A DNA stretch of 64,000 nt, from contig KV454017.1 in the NCBI GenBank assembly GCA_001661245.1, forward strand, positions 1 through 64,000. Direction: 5' to 3'. How positions within the stretch are numbered: the stretch's first letter is position 1; every line of letters starts with the position of its first letter. The translations under genes and the position numbers were made by a program. The notes beneath the pieces were generated by a model. It worked only from the letters and a program-made list of their open reading frames with translations, had not been told where the DNA came from and ran no database searches. This document shows positions 42,290 through 54,600 of this stretch, piece by piece. Source of the stretch: Pachysolen tannophilus NRRL Y-2460. Lineage: Eukaryota.

Positions 42290-45200
42290 TACTTTTTATT
42301 GAAATGAATCAGAAAAAAAAAAAAAAAAAATTTTAATAAATTAAAAAATAAATTATTTAAATATATATATATATATAAATAATACTCATAATGAGGAGTG
42401 CATGGATCTTTTTTTATTCAATTTTCTCTAATTAACAATTAAAAAAAAGAGATGATGAGTTTTAAGAAAAGTGTGTTGTGTTGTCTTGTATTGTTTTCTA
42501 TTAGAAAAAAGTACAAGAAAAGACAAAGTTCGATGATGTAAAAATGCAAGTCGATAAATAAATACGTAACATTGCATAAACTCTGATTATCATGTATGCT
42601 ATGCATGTCATGCATACTCTATAAAACCCTAAAGTTTAAGTGAGAAGTGACAACTTTTAACGAGACAGAGAGAAAGGAAGAAGAAGAAGAAAAAGAATAT
42701 GTCTATTAGTTTGAATAGAAGAATGTTTGGAAGCTTTTGATGGCTATGATTAAAATTTTGACTTTAGATTGTTTTTTTTATAATAGAAGCAATTTTAAAA
42801 AAAAAAAAATAAAAGAACACAAAGACAACAAAAACAATTAAAGAAGGAGGTAAATAAAGGGATTGAATAATTAATAATACTAATATTTTTTTGTAGAAAT
42901 ACAGTAGAAAAAGAAAGCAAAAAAAAAAGTTTTTGATGAGTGTTTACGTTTACGGAAGAGTGACCCATTACTTTACCCACTTTAAGACCCACTATTTTTT
43001 TTTTTTGATTAATTGAGTATTTCATTAATGTTTTAACGAGAAATTAGACATAACCTTGTTTTAATTTTTTTAATTTTTTCGAGTAAAACCTGGAATTTAT
43101 TAGGCAATAATGCATTTTTATTTTTATTTTTCATTTCCCGTACGAGACAGGACAGGATTATAACTTTCGTCAACAGACATACTTATTTTTTTTTTCTTTC
43201 TCTTTCTTTCTATTTAAGCAAAAACGGATTTAACAAGTTAAGTAAATTTTGTCTTTTTTTTTTTTTTTAATTTATTATGAAAAACCCAGAAACCTAGAAA
43301 TTAAAAAAAGAGATATTAATTTCTATTTGTTTCCACGTATTATTACGTTAACTTTAGACTGCATAGAACTCTTTATCTATTGCATGAAAAAATAAGAATT
43401 TTAAAAATTAATTTGATTAATAATTAAAGGGTATCAGCGGTATAGCCTCAGTGCATATCATATAATTGTAATTCTGCATATTTACTTCAAACAAAGAGGT
43501 TTAATACCTAGTTGAAAGATTTCTAGAAAAAAAAAAAATAAAATAAAATAAAAAAATCTTTTGTCTATTTCTAGACTCCCCTCTTCCCCACCTCAACTTT
43601 TCATCTTCATTTCAATGTTCAATGTTCAAAAAAATTCAAATTTTAAACCTTAACTCTATAAACAATAAAAAGGATTTAATAAATCAAGAAAAAAGAATTA
43701 TATTCAAATTTATTTTCCGCATCACTTAAGGTATCAAACTATTAAATACTTAATAGAAATATGTATTATAACTTAAAGAATTTTTTTTTTTTTTTTTTGG
43801 GGTTTTACAACTTCTGTGAGCGAACTCGCTAAATAAAAGAATAAGTTTAATTTTTTAATGCCTTTTAACTTATCATAAAGCTTATCATTACGCCAAGATA
43901 GTTTTGTAAATTTTTTTGATCATTTTATTAAACATAAAAAAAAAAAAAAACAAACCTAAGAGCATAGCTATTATAGATAGTTTTTATTTTTCTTTTCATG
44001 AATAGTAGTAAAGTAATACGTGTTTGAAATTTACTTACTTACCCACTGCACAGTTTCTTAGCTCAATTATGTTTATGTTTAGCAAATTCGCAGCCAGATG
44101 GGGGGAGGAGGTACCTTATAATATACATAGCTCATATGGCTTATATAGCTTATATAACTTTTATAAGTCATATAACATACTAACTTACTGTCATCATATA
44201 CACATTTTAGCTTAACAAGTATTCACACAAACTGTTTTTCTTTGTTTGTCAGTCTTATTTCTCTTTATGTGTAACAAAGTGTAACAAAAGATTTAACAAA
44301 AAGCAGGTCTTATTACCTAATTGGGGACGAACAAGGTAAACTTAATTCCGTTTGGTCCGCCCAATTTAGGAAATGATGAATCATCCGCCAAGTACGTTCG
44401 GCAATTTAAACTTGAAATTAAGTTTACCTTTTCATCTATTATTAGAAAGATGTCTTTCCTTGAACTTTTTTTTAGTTAAAAAGTTTGATAAGACAATTAT
44501 GTAATAGCACACATACCGAATCGCATCAGAAACCTGCATAATCAATCAGTCATCTCTATTGAATATATTGTTCTGGAAAGAGAGGACAAAATATTTACCA
44601 AATTTTTTTTTTTTTTTACAACAAGTCTAAATCGGCTAATCAATTATCCAAAGAAGGTACCTTGAAGTGATTTCATTCTTACCGCATCAAAAGCAAAATT
44701 GCATATATGTTTAGTCATATTTTCGATTTTCTTTTTCAGTTCTTTTTTTTTTTTGTTTTATTATGAAATTAATCCAGTTCACCTAACCCCTCAAATTGAT
44801 TAAATTGGTTACCGCCCACCGGTATTTTCTGTCATCAATTAAACTACTTTTCCATCTTTTCCATCTTTTCCATCTTTTCCATTATTTTTCACTTTTCTGT
44901 TTCTTTTGTTATATTTGGCTTACACTACTACGTTCCTTTGTTTTGTTCCACCTTTGTTGTTTCAACAATAAGCTCTTTTTGTTCTGGAAAAACCTTATAT
45001 CAAATTTTCTATTATGCGAGATGAATATAAACTATTATATAAGACTAGCAAACAACCCCCCACTACACAAACACCGGACGGCCACTAATGTCGGTTCGGT
45101 TAGTATGAATACATAAAAATACTACATGAATACATGAATAGTTCGGCCTAACACGGTGCGTAGTGTTACACATCACTCTTACATGGAATAGATGGAATTG

Positions 45201-45718
45201 GATGGTGCCTTTTTTTTTGCTTTTGCTTTTCTTTCTTTATTATTATTTTTTTTTTTTTGGGAGCCTAATGTATGGTTTGTGTATGTTTAAATCATCAACA
45301 CATCATAGTCCCATGACTTTTTCAGTTATTTTCCAATTTTCTAATTTCTGATTAGCAAATCATTCTAGAAGATTACTAAATATACATAATTTGTGTCTCA
45401 CTAATTCAAAGACAATTAAATTGCTTATTATTAAAAAAAAATACAAAACACAAATTATAGCTGCAGGTGCATATAGCCCCCCTTTCTTTTTTTTATTTTT
45501 TATTTTTTTTGGATTTATACTGTGAAACAGATCTACATGGCATCAACTATTAGACGAGAAACTAGTTGTTGTTTGAAATCAACACAAGCCGCTTCATAAT
45601 ACATCTTTACAATATATATATATATAAAGCAACTATATTAGTCAAATAAAAAGATTTTAGGGAAATAATATTAAAATTTTATTGCTAGAGATTCATAGTA
45701 ACATGGTGAGGCTAAACG

Positions 45719-48700
45719 TCATTGGTCTTGATTAGTTTGAGTAATAATCTTTCCTTGTTCGTTCAGTTTATTTATTGCTTCTGGCTGTGTATTCTTTAAA
45801 GGTGAAAGTATAACCGGATTCTCATGATTTTCCGAAATTTCCTCCTCTCTTGATATTGGTAAATTAATTGAAGTGTCTTTAATTTCAAATGGGTTTTTTG
45901 GTGGTAGTGTAATTTGAGAATTTGGAATAAAAGATTTATTATTATTAAATTGATTATTTTGAACCTCGGGTATATTAGATATAGTAGTAGTCTCGATTCT
46001 ATTATCAATATTTAATTGAGGAGTTTGTGTTGTTTGAATTTTTACTAATTCATCCTGTTCTTGTTTTATTCTTAATTGCTCTTGCAGTTTTTTCTCATCT
46101 AATAATAATAGAATTTCTCTTAATTGATTATATTCTTTCTCAAATAATATAGAACATCCAGTTAATTTTCTTAAATAAAATCTAACTTTATAAATATTAT
46201 CCTCAATTATCATTTCAAAATTTTCATCCCATTTTAAATCTTTATTTAAAAAATCTTGTTTAAATTTTAAACAATTATTAACTGCTTCTTTAACTAAATT
46301 ATATTCTTCCATTGGTGGATATAATTTTAATTTTTTAAAATCATTTAAAAGTAAAATTAAATTTGATAAATTTGGTTTACTTAAATTATTAAATTTTTTA
46401 TTAAAATTTAAAAATAAATCATCAAAATTATGATTATGATCACAAATTGGACAAATAAAATTTTTATCTTTCATTTTTGATTTATTTGTATTAAAACAAC
46501 TTAAATGATACCATTCTGAACAATTTTCACATTCAACCATTGAACCACTTTCCATTAATCGACAAAGACAAAAAAATTTTTCATTTGATGATACATTTGG
46601 TGAATTGTTAAAATCAACAATATCTTCAGGATTACTTATATTAAGACAATTATTCACATTGTTTAACAAATTAACAAGATATGTTTTCAATACCATCAAT
46701 GAAGAATTTTGCTTATTACAAAATTTCCGAAGATTTTTTAACCATTCTTCTGTAGGTTTAAAATATTCAACTTCTAATTTTTTAACTTGTGGTGAATTAA
46801 ATTTTAAATGTTTAGTTTTTTCTAATAAAGATTTAACCTGACTATATTTAGGTAATGTGTCCTCATTTATTTCTCCATCAATATTTACCAATTTTTCAAG
46901 GAATTTTTCACTCTTAACCATTATATCTTCATACTCAGATTTAATTTTGATCAATTGATTTCTCAATTCAGCATCTATAGGATAATCATAAGATTCTTCT
47001 AATAATTTGCTAACTTCTGATATATTTGATTTATGAGTCTTATTTATAATTTGAGCAACGGAATCTGCTAAAATTTCAGTCTCTTTCAACTTACCTTCAA
47101 GTCTAGATATTTTATCATTATGGCCCTGTGACATTAAAGTTTTCCCTTCATCAATAAATTTCTTAAATGAAAATATGTCCTTGAATTTAGAAAGTAAACC
47201 TTCAGAAAAAATTTCTTCATACTTTAATAACCATGTTTCAATTTTATAGATCTTTGCCAATTTAGAAGCAGATGGAATATAAAAACCAAAAGACCTCCCA
47301 AGACTAACAATATTTGATAGTTCTTCAATATTTTCTTTGAAAAAATTTGGATAGTTGGTAGATGATGAAAGAAATTTCCTAGCATTTAATTCATACTTCT
47401 CAATCTCATTTGTCAAGTTCAACAATTGATCAATTTCTTCAGAATAAAAAAATAAGCCCGAAATATCTTCAACTAACTTACACAAACCATCAATATTCAA
47501 TTCAGCTTCCTCATCTACCGTTACATCATCATTTTGATCAGTACCATCAACGTTCGTACTATTGTATTCATCAATATCAAAATTTAAATTATTGTTAAAT
47601 CTCTTTCTATTAAGATTATTGCGAGTTCTTGATTGATGTTTTGAAGACAAATATTTTTGAGCAGAATCAACCCATGATTGATATCTTTCAATTAATTGAC
47701 CTAATCTTATAAAAGTAGAGTATATTTTGTATTCCTTTTCCTTATTATAAAAAAACTTCAAATAATCATCGTTGAAAATCTTTTCACCTTCAAAATATAA
47801 ATTTTTCAAAGATTTTAAAGAAGGCATTGAACTGGATTTTAAAAAATTTTGAAATTTTTCAAACCATTTACTAGAACTAGGTATATCTCTATTGAAAACT
47901 TTACCGAAACTTTTCAATTTTTCATCATCATAAAAAATATGTAATTCCACTGATTTTAATTTTTTCAAAAAAGAATCTTTTTTAGAATATTTCAAAAAAT
48001 TCTTTATTGAAATTGAAAATACTCTATCATCATTATTGCATAATATTACTTTTGATGGGAAACAAATTGCCAAATCATCATCGGATATATAATTATCATT
48101 AGTATTTGTAACTTCTTTCAACCCTTGAACTTTGTTTCTCAACTCATTTCTTAGAGTCAATTCCTCTTTTAATAAATTTTCATAAAGCTGTTTTGATTCT
48201 TGTAATATCAGAATATTTTTAACATTATTTTTAGCTATATTGATCAAGATTTCAAAAATTGAAAAATTTGGCATGATTCCTTGTTTCACCAACCAATTTT
48301 CAGATTCTTCACCAAATCCTAACCATGAAGGAGGAGCAAAGTTGATTGATTCACTCTTGGTAAAACCTAAACAAATATTTGATGAATAACATTTTGGATA
48401 TTTTATTATAAATTCTCCCAGTTTCTGATAAGTTTTGTAAACTCTAATACCCTTTGATTTCAAAAATTCCGGGGTTAAAAAGAAGTCATCGTTAAATTTT
48501 ATCTTCTGATTAGTATTTATTAATCCATTGTAAAACTTGTCTCTGTGTTCAAATCTTTTGTTCAAAGGATTTGCAACAGACGATGATAAAACTCTATTTT
48601 CTAAGCAGCAACTAATAAAATCCGGATCATTGAAATTTTCTTTAAATTTTGTTGGATTGAGAAAATATTCATTACTCTTATATTCATCTTTTCTTTTGAG

Positions 48701-50782
48701 AATGCAATCTTTTAATAATTTTTCAAAATTTTCATAATCATTTGGATCAATAAAATACCAAATTTTGCCATTTCCATAATGATTATAATCAATTAAGTGT
48801 AGCCAATGATCTTCCATTGTCCAATTTTCTGTGCTGAATAACATCCCAATATTGAGTGTCGGTTTTGTTAATGATTGAATATCATTTGATAAAAACCTAA
48901 AAATTGACTGATCGTTGATTGCTAAATTATTCAAGTTCCAACTACCCAAACCTTCATCGACTAAATTTTCCAAATTTTGTTCTAAATTTCCAGAATTAGA
49001 ACCAATTTGATAAAACCCCGAATCATGAATAGCAGTGGGCACTCTAATTGCTGCTTCTACTTCGTATAAGTTAGATGGATCTTGTTCTTCTACAAATCTC
49101 CAATAAGCATCTTCTAACTTTTGAGGTGTTAAGTTTGATGATGACGATGATGATGATGAATCATCAAACTTATATTTTGAAAATATTTTCTTTTGAAATT
49201 TCAAATTTTTTTCATAAAAATCTCTAATATTATAAAAAGGTGGTTTATTATTTAGATATGAAGATGGGTCAATAATGTCAAATTTAAAACCAGCTTGATC
49301 ATTCTTTAACCAGTCATGAAAATTATACGTTTCAAGAGAAGTTTTGTCACTTTTTGAAATTCCTTGTTTTTCTATTGTCAATGCATCAAAATTTGTTGGA
49401 AAACCTTTGGATATCAATAAATTTCTAGATCTCTTGTATTCGTAAGCAGATCCATATAAAACTGGTATTTTTATTAATTCATCATCTTCTAATTTCAATT
49501 TTTTTGTTCTTTGAGCCTCACTTTCATCTTGTTCTAATTTTACTCTCTTATTATTTTCATTAATTGAATCACATTTTTCAAGTTCAAGTTCGGATAAATC
49601 AAAATTTTTTAATATTTTTTCATAAATTTCTTTCAATTTTTCAGGAGCCAAAGGTTTCAGAAAATATCCAAGTTCATTCAGAATTTCTTTCCATAATTTT
49701 TGTTCACAAATCTTAGAAGATTGAATTTTTTCTTTAGCATATATCAGTAACCTATATAAATCCACTGGTTCATTTTCAATGTTTGGTAAATTTTTCAAAT
49801 GATTATTAGGGTCTGCATTCTGTCTTAAAGATTTAAATAATCGATTGTAAAAAAAAATTCTAAGATCCATTTCATCTTTTTTAGAATTTAATAATTGTCT
49901 TCTAGTTTGAAACCATAAATGTCTATCATTGATACTAGATTTATAAACTTTAGCATTCCATTTTTTACTTGGAATAATTTTAATAGCACCATATTTAGAA
50001 CCAATTTCTTTAAATTTTTCAGCAATTAAAATAGGATCATTTAAATTTGAATCCAATTTATCTAATTCTATAGTGGGTATACTTCCAGAAGTTTCTCCAT
50101 AATGATCATCTTCTTGAATTTCGTAAAAATTATAATTCCCAACAGTGGGAAGAGTTTCTTGAGGATAAAGAAATGGCACTCTTACTTTTGGTGCCAATAT
50201 TTTTGGTACTGATACTGGCCTTGGAGTTAATACTTGCCCTGGAGTATTTTCAGCCATTTGTTGCAATCTAAAATCAGCATTGATTACATTTGAGCCCAGC
50301 TTTGAGTTCTCAAAAAATCGATCTGTAGTTGCAGTGGTGGCAGTGGATTCACCGGAGGCACTACTAACAGCTGGCTCTGATTCGGAAAATCGATTTTTTC
50401 CTCCATCTTCTTGATTTTGAGGTATCTGTTGCTGATGCTGTTGCTGCTGATGCTGATGCTGATGCTGATGCTGTTGTCCAAAGTATGGATTAAGTGGTGG
50501 TTGTGGTGGTGGTGGCGGTAAGAAATAAACCTGCTGCTTAGCAACACTATCACTATCCGCTGATTGAGATTGTAAATCTGATTGTGAAGTACTCCTTACT
50601 TGAGGCACCTCTTTACGCTGAGCAGAATCAACCGCCTGGAAAACTGACATCACTGGTGCCAGCTGGAAACTTGGACTTCCTTCTGTTGTTGTTGCCGCTA
50701 CCGCCGTTGAGATTTCTTTTTGATCTTGAACTTCACCCTCAGCTTCCATTTTCCTATCCATCATCAAATCTTCTCCCGACAT
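45719..50782 (-). CDS. ECM5: JARID1/KDM5-family chromatin protein (JmjN, ARID, JmjC, PLU-1, PHD), Ecm5/Lid2-like
   Basis: JmjN (IPT...DP...GSKYGAIKIIP), ARID (LPNIENEPVDLYRL), JmjC (WNLNNL...GMLFST.NW..EDH...ESINFAP), PHD (FCLCR...MVECENCSEWYHLSC...FICPIC). Confidence 0.8.
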   Translation of the reverse strand: MSGEDLMMDRKMEAEGEVQDQKEISTAVAATTTEGSPSFQLAPVMSVFQAVDSAQRKEVPQVRSTSQSDLQSQSADSDSVAKQQVYFLPPPPPQPPLNPYFGQQHQHQHQHQQQQHQQQIPQNQEDGGKNRFSESEPAVSSASGESTATTATTDRFFENSKLGSNVINADFRLQQMAENTPGQVLTPRPVSVPKILAPKVRVPFLYPQETLPTVGNYNFYEIQEDDHYGETSGSIPTIELDKLDSNLNDPILIAEKFKEIGSKYGAIKIIPSKKWNAKVYKSSINDRHLWFQTRRQLLNSKKDEMDLRIFFYNRLFKSLRQNADPNNHLKNLPNIENEPVDLYRLLIYAKEKIQSSKICEQKLWKEILNELGYFLKPLAPEKLKEIYEKILKNFDLSELELEKCDSINENNKRVKLEQDESEAQRTKKLKLEDDELIKIPVLYGSAYEYKRSRNLLISKGFPTNFDALTIEKQGISKSDKTSLETYNFHDWLKNDQAGFKFDIIDPSSYLNNKPPFYNIRDFYEKNLKFQKKIFSKYKFDDSSSSSSSSNLTPQKLEDAYWRFVEEQDPSNLYEVEAAIRVPTAIHDSGFYQIGSNSGNLEQNLENLVDEGLGSWNLNNLAINDQSIFRFLSNDIQSLTKPTLNIGMLFSTENWTMEDHWLHLIDYNHYGNGKIWYFIDPNDYENFEKLLKDCILKRKDEYKSNEYFLNPTKFKENFNDPDFISCCLENRVLSSSVANPLNKRFEHRDKFYNGLINTNQKIKFNDDFFLTPEFLKSKGIRVYKTYQKLGEFIIKYPKCYSSNICLGFTKSESINFAPPSWLGFGEESENWLVKQGIMPNFSIFEILINIAKNNVKNILILQESKQLYENLLKEELTLRNELRNKVQGLKEVTNTNDNYISDDDLAICFPSKVILCNNDDRVFSISIKNFLKYSKKDSFLKKLKSVELHIFYDDEKLKSFGKVFNRDIPSSSKWFEKFQNFLKSSSMPSLKSLKNLYFEGEKIFNDDYLKFFYNKEKEYKIYSTFIRLGQLIERYQSWVDSAQKYLSSKHQSRTRNNLNRKRFNNNLNFDIDEYNSTNVDGTDQNDDVTVDEEAELNIDGLCKLVEDISGLFFYSEEIDQLLNLTNEIEKYELNARKFLSSSTNYPNFFKENIEELSNIVSLGRSFGFYIPSASKLAKIYKIETWLLKYEEIFSEGLLSKFKDIFSFKKFIDEGKTLMSQGHNDKISRLEGKLKETEILADSVAQIINKTHKSNISEVSKLLEESYDYPIDAELRNQLIKIKSEYEDIMVKSEKFLEKLVNIDGEINEDTLPKYSQVKSLLEKTKHLKFNSPQVKKLEVEYFKPTEEWLKNLRKFCNKQNSSLMVLKTYLVNLLNNVNNCLNISNPEDIVDFNNSPNVSSNEKFFCLCRLMESGSMVECENCSEWYHLSCFNTNKSKMKDKNFICPICDHNHNFDDLFLNFNKKFNNLSKPNLSNLILLLNDFKKLKLYPPMEEYNLVKEAVNNCLKFKQDFLNKDLKWDENFEMIIEDNIYKVRFYLRKLTGCSILFEKEYNQLREILLLLDEKKLQEQLRIKQEQDELVKIQTTQTPQLNIDNRIETTTISNIPEVQNNQFNNNKSFIPNSQITLPPKNPFEIKDTSINLPISREEEISENHENPVILSPLKNTQPEAINKLNEQGKIITQTNQDQ

Positions 50783-51175
50783 CTTTATTCCTTCACTGAC
50801 ACACCCAATTCTTATCTCCTTAACCCTATCAATGCTCCTGTCGGTTTAAAGATGATAATTTAAAGAATTCATCTTTTGTTAAAGACAACAAAAAAATTCT
50901 TCACCAGTACAAAAAAAAAGAAAAAAAAAAATTAAAGCGCGCTTTGAAAAAAAATCACCTTTATTTATTTTATTATTTGATATAATTAAATTGATTTAAA
51001 AATTATCATTTAAAAAAAAAAAAAAACTGGAAATATAGCTATTGTTGAGGTCTTTAAGGTGCTTATCGTTCGTTTCCATCTTATTCCTCTTAGTCACTCT
51101 TTTTTTTGCTTGTTGTCGTATTTCTTTTTTTTTTATTTTATTTGGTTGTGGGTTTTTTTTAAAAACAAAAATTTA

Positions 51176-52651
51176 ATGTTTCATTCGTTTATAATTTTTT
51201 ATTTATTCTGTACTTTTGTTTCAGGGTTATTACCACTTGAAATCAAGGGTAATAGGTTTATTAAGCCTTCTACTACTGAAGGTGAAGAAGGTGAGGTTTT
51301 CTTTATTAAAGGTGTTGATTATCAGCCTGGAGGTTCATCTGCGTATGAAGATGATGGAGATTCAGATGTATTAACTAATGCATCTATTTGTTTTAGAGAT
51401 GCTTATGTTTTCCAACAATTAGGAATCAATACTATAAGAGTTTATACTATTAATCCTTCTTTAAATCATGATGAATGTTTAACGATTTTAAATAATGCAG
51501 GAATTTATTTATTGTTGGATTTATCATCATCTTCAGAAAGTATTTATAGATCAGATATTGAAGCTTCTTATAATTATGATTTATTATATAGATTTTTCAG
51601 TGTTGTTGATGCATTTAAAGATTATCCAAATGTATTGGGTTTTTTCGTTGGTAATGAAGTTATTAATGATGATACTTCAGCATCAGAAGATCCACCTTAT
51701 ATACGTGCAGTTCAAAGAGATGTTAAAAATTATATTCAAAATAATGCAAATAGAACAATACCTGTTGGTTATTCTGCTGCAGATGTAACATCATTACGTG
51801 AAGCAACTTTTGAATATTTAGAATGTAATATTGATGGAGATGAAAATGATCTTTCACGTTCAGATTTTTTTGGTTTAAATTCTTATGAATGGTGTTCTGG
51901 TATTTCTGATTGGTCAACATCTGGTTATAGTGATATTAATTCAACTTTTGCAAATTCTAGTATTCCAATTTTTTTCAGTGAATATGGTTGTAATACTGAT
52001 TCTCCAAGAACTTTTACTGAAGTTAGTGAAGGTTTATATGGTGGATTAATTGATACTTTAAGTGGAGGTTTAGTTTATGAATATTCACAAGAAACTTCAA
52101 ATTATGGATTAGTTACAATTGGTAGTAGTAATGGTTCAATTACTGAATTAACAGATTTTAATAATTTACAAGAACAATTTTTAAAATCTGATATACCAGA
52201 TATTCTTGAAAGTGAAGTTCAAGAATCAACAATTATTGAATGTGATTCTTCGTTAATTGAAAAATCATATTCTGGATTTGATTCAAATTTTACATTACCA
52301 CTGGTTCCATCAGGTGTTGAAAATATGATTTTATATGGTCTGAATAATACTAATATTGGACATCTTATAGATATTGATGCTCAAACTTCAAATTATACAA
52401 TTTATTATTCCAATGGTACCGAGATTTCAGACCCAACCGTTGTTTTCAGTGCAGATGATGAAATTGATTCATTATCATCATCAATTTCTTCCCTGGGAAG
52501 TGATTCTTCAACATCATCTCTGTCTTCAAGTGGATCTTCTTCTACAACTTCTTCATCTTCTAGCTCCACTAAAAATGCAGCTAGTAGCAACAATTCTCCT
52601 CAAATAGGTCTATTTGGTCTCTTGGCAATTGTTATCACCTATTTGATGTAA
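51176..52651 (+). CDS. GAS3: GPI-anchored GH72 beta-1,3-glucanosyltransferase without X8 domain (Gas3-like)
   Basis: Signal peptide, RFIKPS, KGVDYQPGGSS, GNEV, FFSEYGCN, Ser-rich stalk and hydrophobic GPI tail. Likely ATG is at 51176. Confidence 0.9.
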   Translation: MFHSFIIFYLFCTFVSGLLPLEIKGNRFIKPSTTEGEEGEVFFIKGVDYQPGGSSAYEDDGDSDVLTNASICFRDAYVFQQLGINTIRVYTINPSLNHDECLTILNNAGIYLLLDLSSSSESIYRSDIEASYNYDLLYRFFSVVDAFKDYPNVLGFFVGNEVINDDTSASEDPPYIRAVQRDVKNYIQNNANRTIPVGYSAADVTSLREATFEYLECNIDGDENDLSRSDFFGLNSYEWCSGISDWSTSGYSDINSTFANSSIPIFFSEYGCNTDSPRTFTEVSEGLYGGLIDTLSGGLVYEYSQETSNYGLVTIGSSNGSITELTDFNNLQEQFLKSDIPDILESEVQESTIIECDSSLIEKSYSGFDSNFTLPLVPSGVENMILYGLNNTNIGHLIDIDAQTSNYTIYYSNGTEISDPTVVFSADDEIDSLSSSISSLGSDSSTSSLSSSGSSSTTSSSSSSTKNAASSNNSPQIGLFGLLAIVITYLM

Positions 52652-53097
52652 TACTATACAACTATAATAATTTTTTTTTTTAATTTTTTAATTTTTTTAA
52701 ATTTTTTTCTATATGATATTGTTTTACTATACACTTTTTTTGTATACCTATTTCTTTTTTTTTTTTTTTTTTTTTTTGAAAAAAACTTGTCTTATTATTT
52801 TTTACTTGATACCGAATACTTATTAATTTATTTATAATATATGTTATACTTTTGATGTGGACCAAAATTTCTTCTTTTTTAATAGAGCAACATCTTTTCT
52901 AATATATAATTATCATACCCAATTATTTATTATTTATTATTTATATATGTTATTTATATGTATGAAAGCCGCATCAATAAAGGCGTATTCCTTTTTAGGA
53001 ACTTTTGTTTTAACACTGCACTACTATTTTTGTCCTTGGTATTAAAAAAAAAAAGTTTTTTTTCTGTTCATATACGACCGGAATCTTTAAATGGCTT

Positions 53098-53196
53098 GTC
53101 CCTCGGGACATTTAGTCAATTTGAAACAATACAGAGAAGATTAGCATGGCCCCTGCATAAGGATGACACGCTTTACAAAGAGATTAAACCATTTTT
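53098..53196 (+). ncRNA. SNR6: U6 spliceosomal snRNA
   Basis: 5' hairpin GTCC-CTCG-GGAC, ACAATACAGAGAAGATTAGCATGGCCCCTGCATAAGGATGAC core (ACAGAGA box, AGC triad, ISL), oligo-T terminator. Confidence 0.97.
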
Positions 53197-53886
53197 TTTT
53201 ACTTCTTGAAAAATTCTTTTCTAAAAGAAAATGATCATGATGGTGGTAATGGTAACATTCAATAAGTGATCAACTTGTGACTTACAAGTGTAGTAAATTC
53301 AATTAAAACTTTACCAAATTTGAATGTTTTTATATTTGAAATTGTAATTTTTGGTAAATTTTGGTAAATTTTGTTTCCGGTTTCGATTCCCGAGTTGGGC
53401 CCAAAAAAACAATTTTTTTTTTTTTTTTGTTTTTGTTCACTTAAAAAAGAAAAAGCAAAGAAAAATAACTTAATAATGAACAATTTTATAGATATAATTA
53501 TGGTATTAAATATATAATATGCCTTCAAAAACGGAAATATTATTAACAATATTTACATCAATTTCAGTATACACTTTCTTATATGTTGAAGTTATACCAT
53601 TACCTTTAAATTTAGTTAATTATTTACCAAAAGTATGTATTTTTTTTTTTTTTTTTTTTTCAAAAAAAAAGATTTGACAGGGTTAGGGTACTAAAAAAAA
53701 AATGATTTTAATTTAAGGTTGGTTTTACCTACATTATAATTTATATTATTTATTTAATTTATTGTATGGTAATAAGACAAAATGAAAATTTCAATATAAA
53801 AGAAAAATTCAATAAAAGGGATTGAATATGATAAAAGAATGAAAATGAAAATGAAAATGAAAAATAAGTGAGTGAGTTTTTTCTTC

Positions 53887-54600
53887 TTAGAGATGATTTG
53901 ATAATGATTGTGTAGAACCATTTTTAGTATTTTGATTCAATTTTGAAATAAATTCTTCATTTTTACGATTTTTAATTCTTTTCTCTAAATCTGTGAAAAC
54001 TGAAATTGCAACAGGTATATCTCTAATTTCAGCTGCATTTGTTTCTGTATCTTCAATTTTTAAATGATTATTATCATTAGTTTTATATTCATTTGGAATA
54101 AATTTTAAATCTAAATATTTTGGTGGAGGATCAAAATTTAATGGCCATTTTTCAAAAGGTTCTTTTTTTTGTTTCATTAAATTTTCACATGCTTTTCTTG
54201 TTAATTGTTTCCATTCTTGAAAATCATCATTATATAATAACCATACACAATTAACACATCCACTTCCACAACAATTATCTGGTTCAATTGGTTTCTTTGG
54301 AACACTCACTCCTCCTATAACTTTAGTAATATCCCTATTACTAGTATCCATACGTGATGTTTTCTTAGGTTTCCTCTCTGGATCTCCACCAAATATATCA
54401 TCAAAATTTACTTTAAAATCAGTCTTTGTTGCTGTATCAAATGTTAAACTTTTTGGAAATTTTTTAATTAAACTCAAACTAAAATATCTTAAACTAATCC
54501 CACCAACCTCACCAACACCATTAAAACATTTAAAATTTTCATTTCTTTTAAATTTTTTTAATCCTTTAACAACTCTTATTCCTCTAATAACTCCATTCAT
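53887..54600 (-). CDS. Mitochondrial oxidoreductase-like domain protein (OXLD1/DPC25/YPL107W family)
   Basis: IGGVSVPKKPIEPDNCCGSGCVNCVW..Y..D..EW motif. Lies near SSE1 as in S. cerevisiae. Confidence 0.88.
   Translation of the reverse strand: MNGVIRGIRVVKGLKKFKRNENFKCFNGVGEVGGISLRYFSLSLIKKFPKSLTFDTATKTDFKVNFDDIFGGDPERKPKKTSRMDTSNRDITKVIGGVSVPKKPIEPDNCCGSGCVNCVWLLYNDDFQEWKQLTRKACENLMKQKKEPFEKWPLNFDPPPKYLDLKFIPNEYKTNDNNHLKIEDTETNAAEIRDIPVAISVFTDLEKRIKNRKNEEFISKLNQNTKNGSTQSLSNHL

Noticed and set aside
41850..42345. Apparent direct repeat or LTR-like pair flanking the N gap
   Set aside because: Both copies abut the gap and contain a poly-A run, typical of unmerged contig overlap.
44372..44480. 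C-box-like ATGATGA (also at ~42452), suggesting C/D snoRNAs
   Set aside because: No convincing D box, terminal stem or rRNA guide was found.
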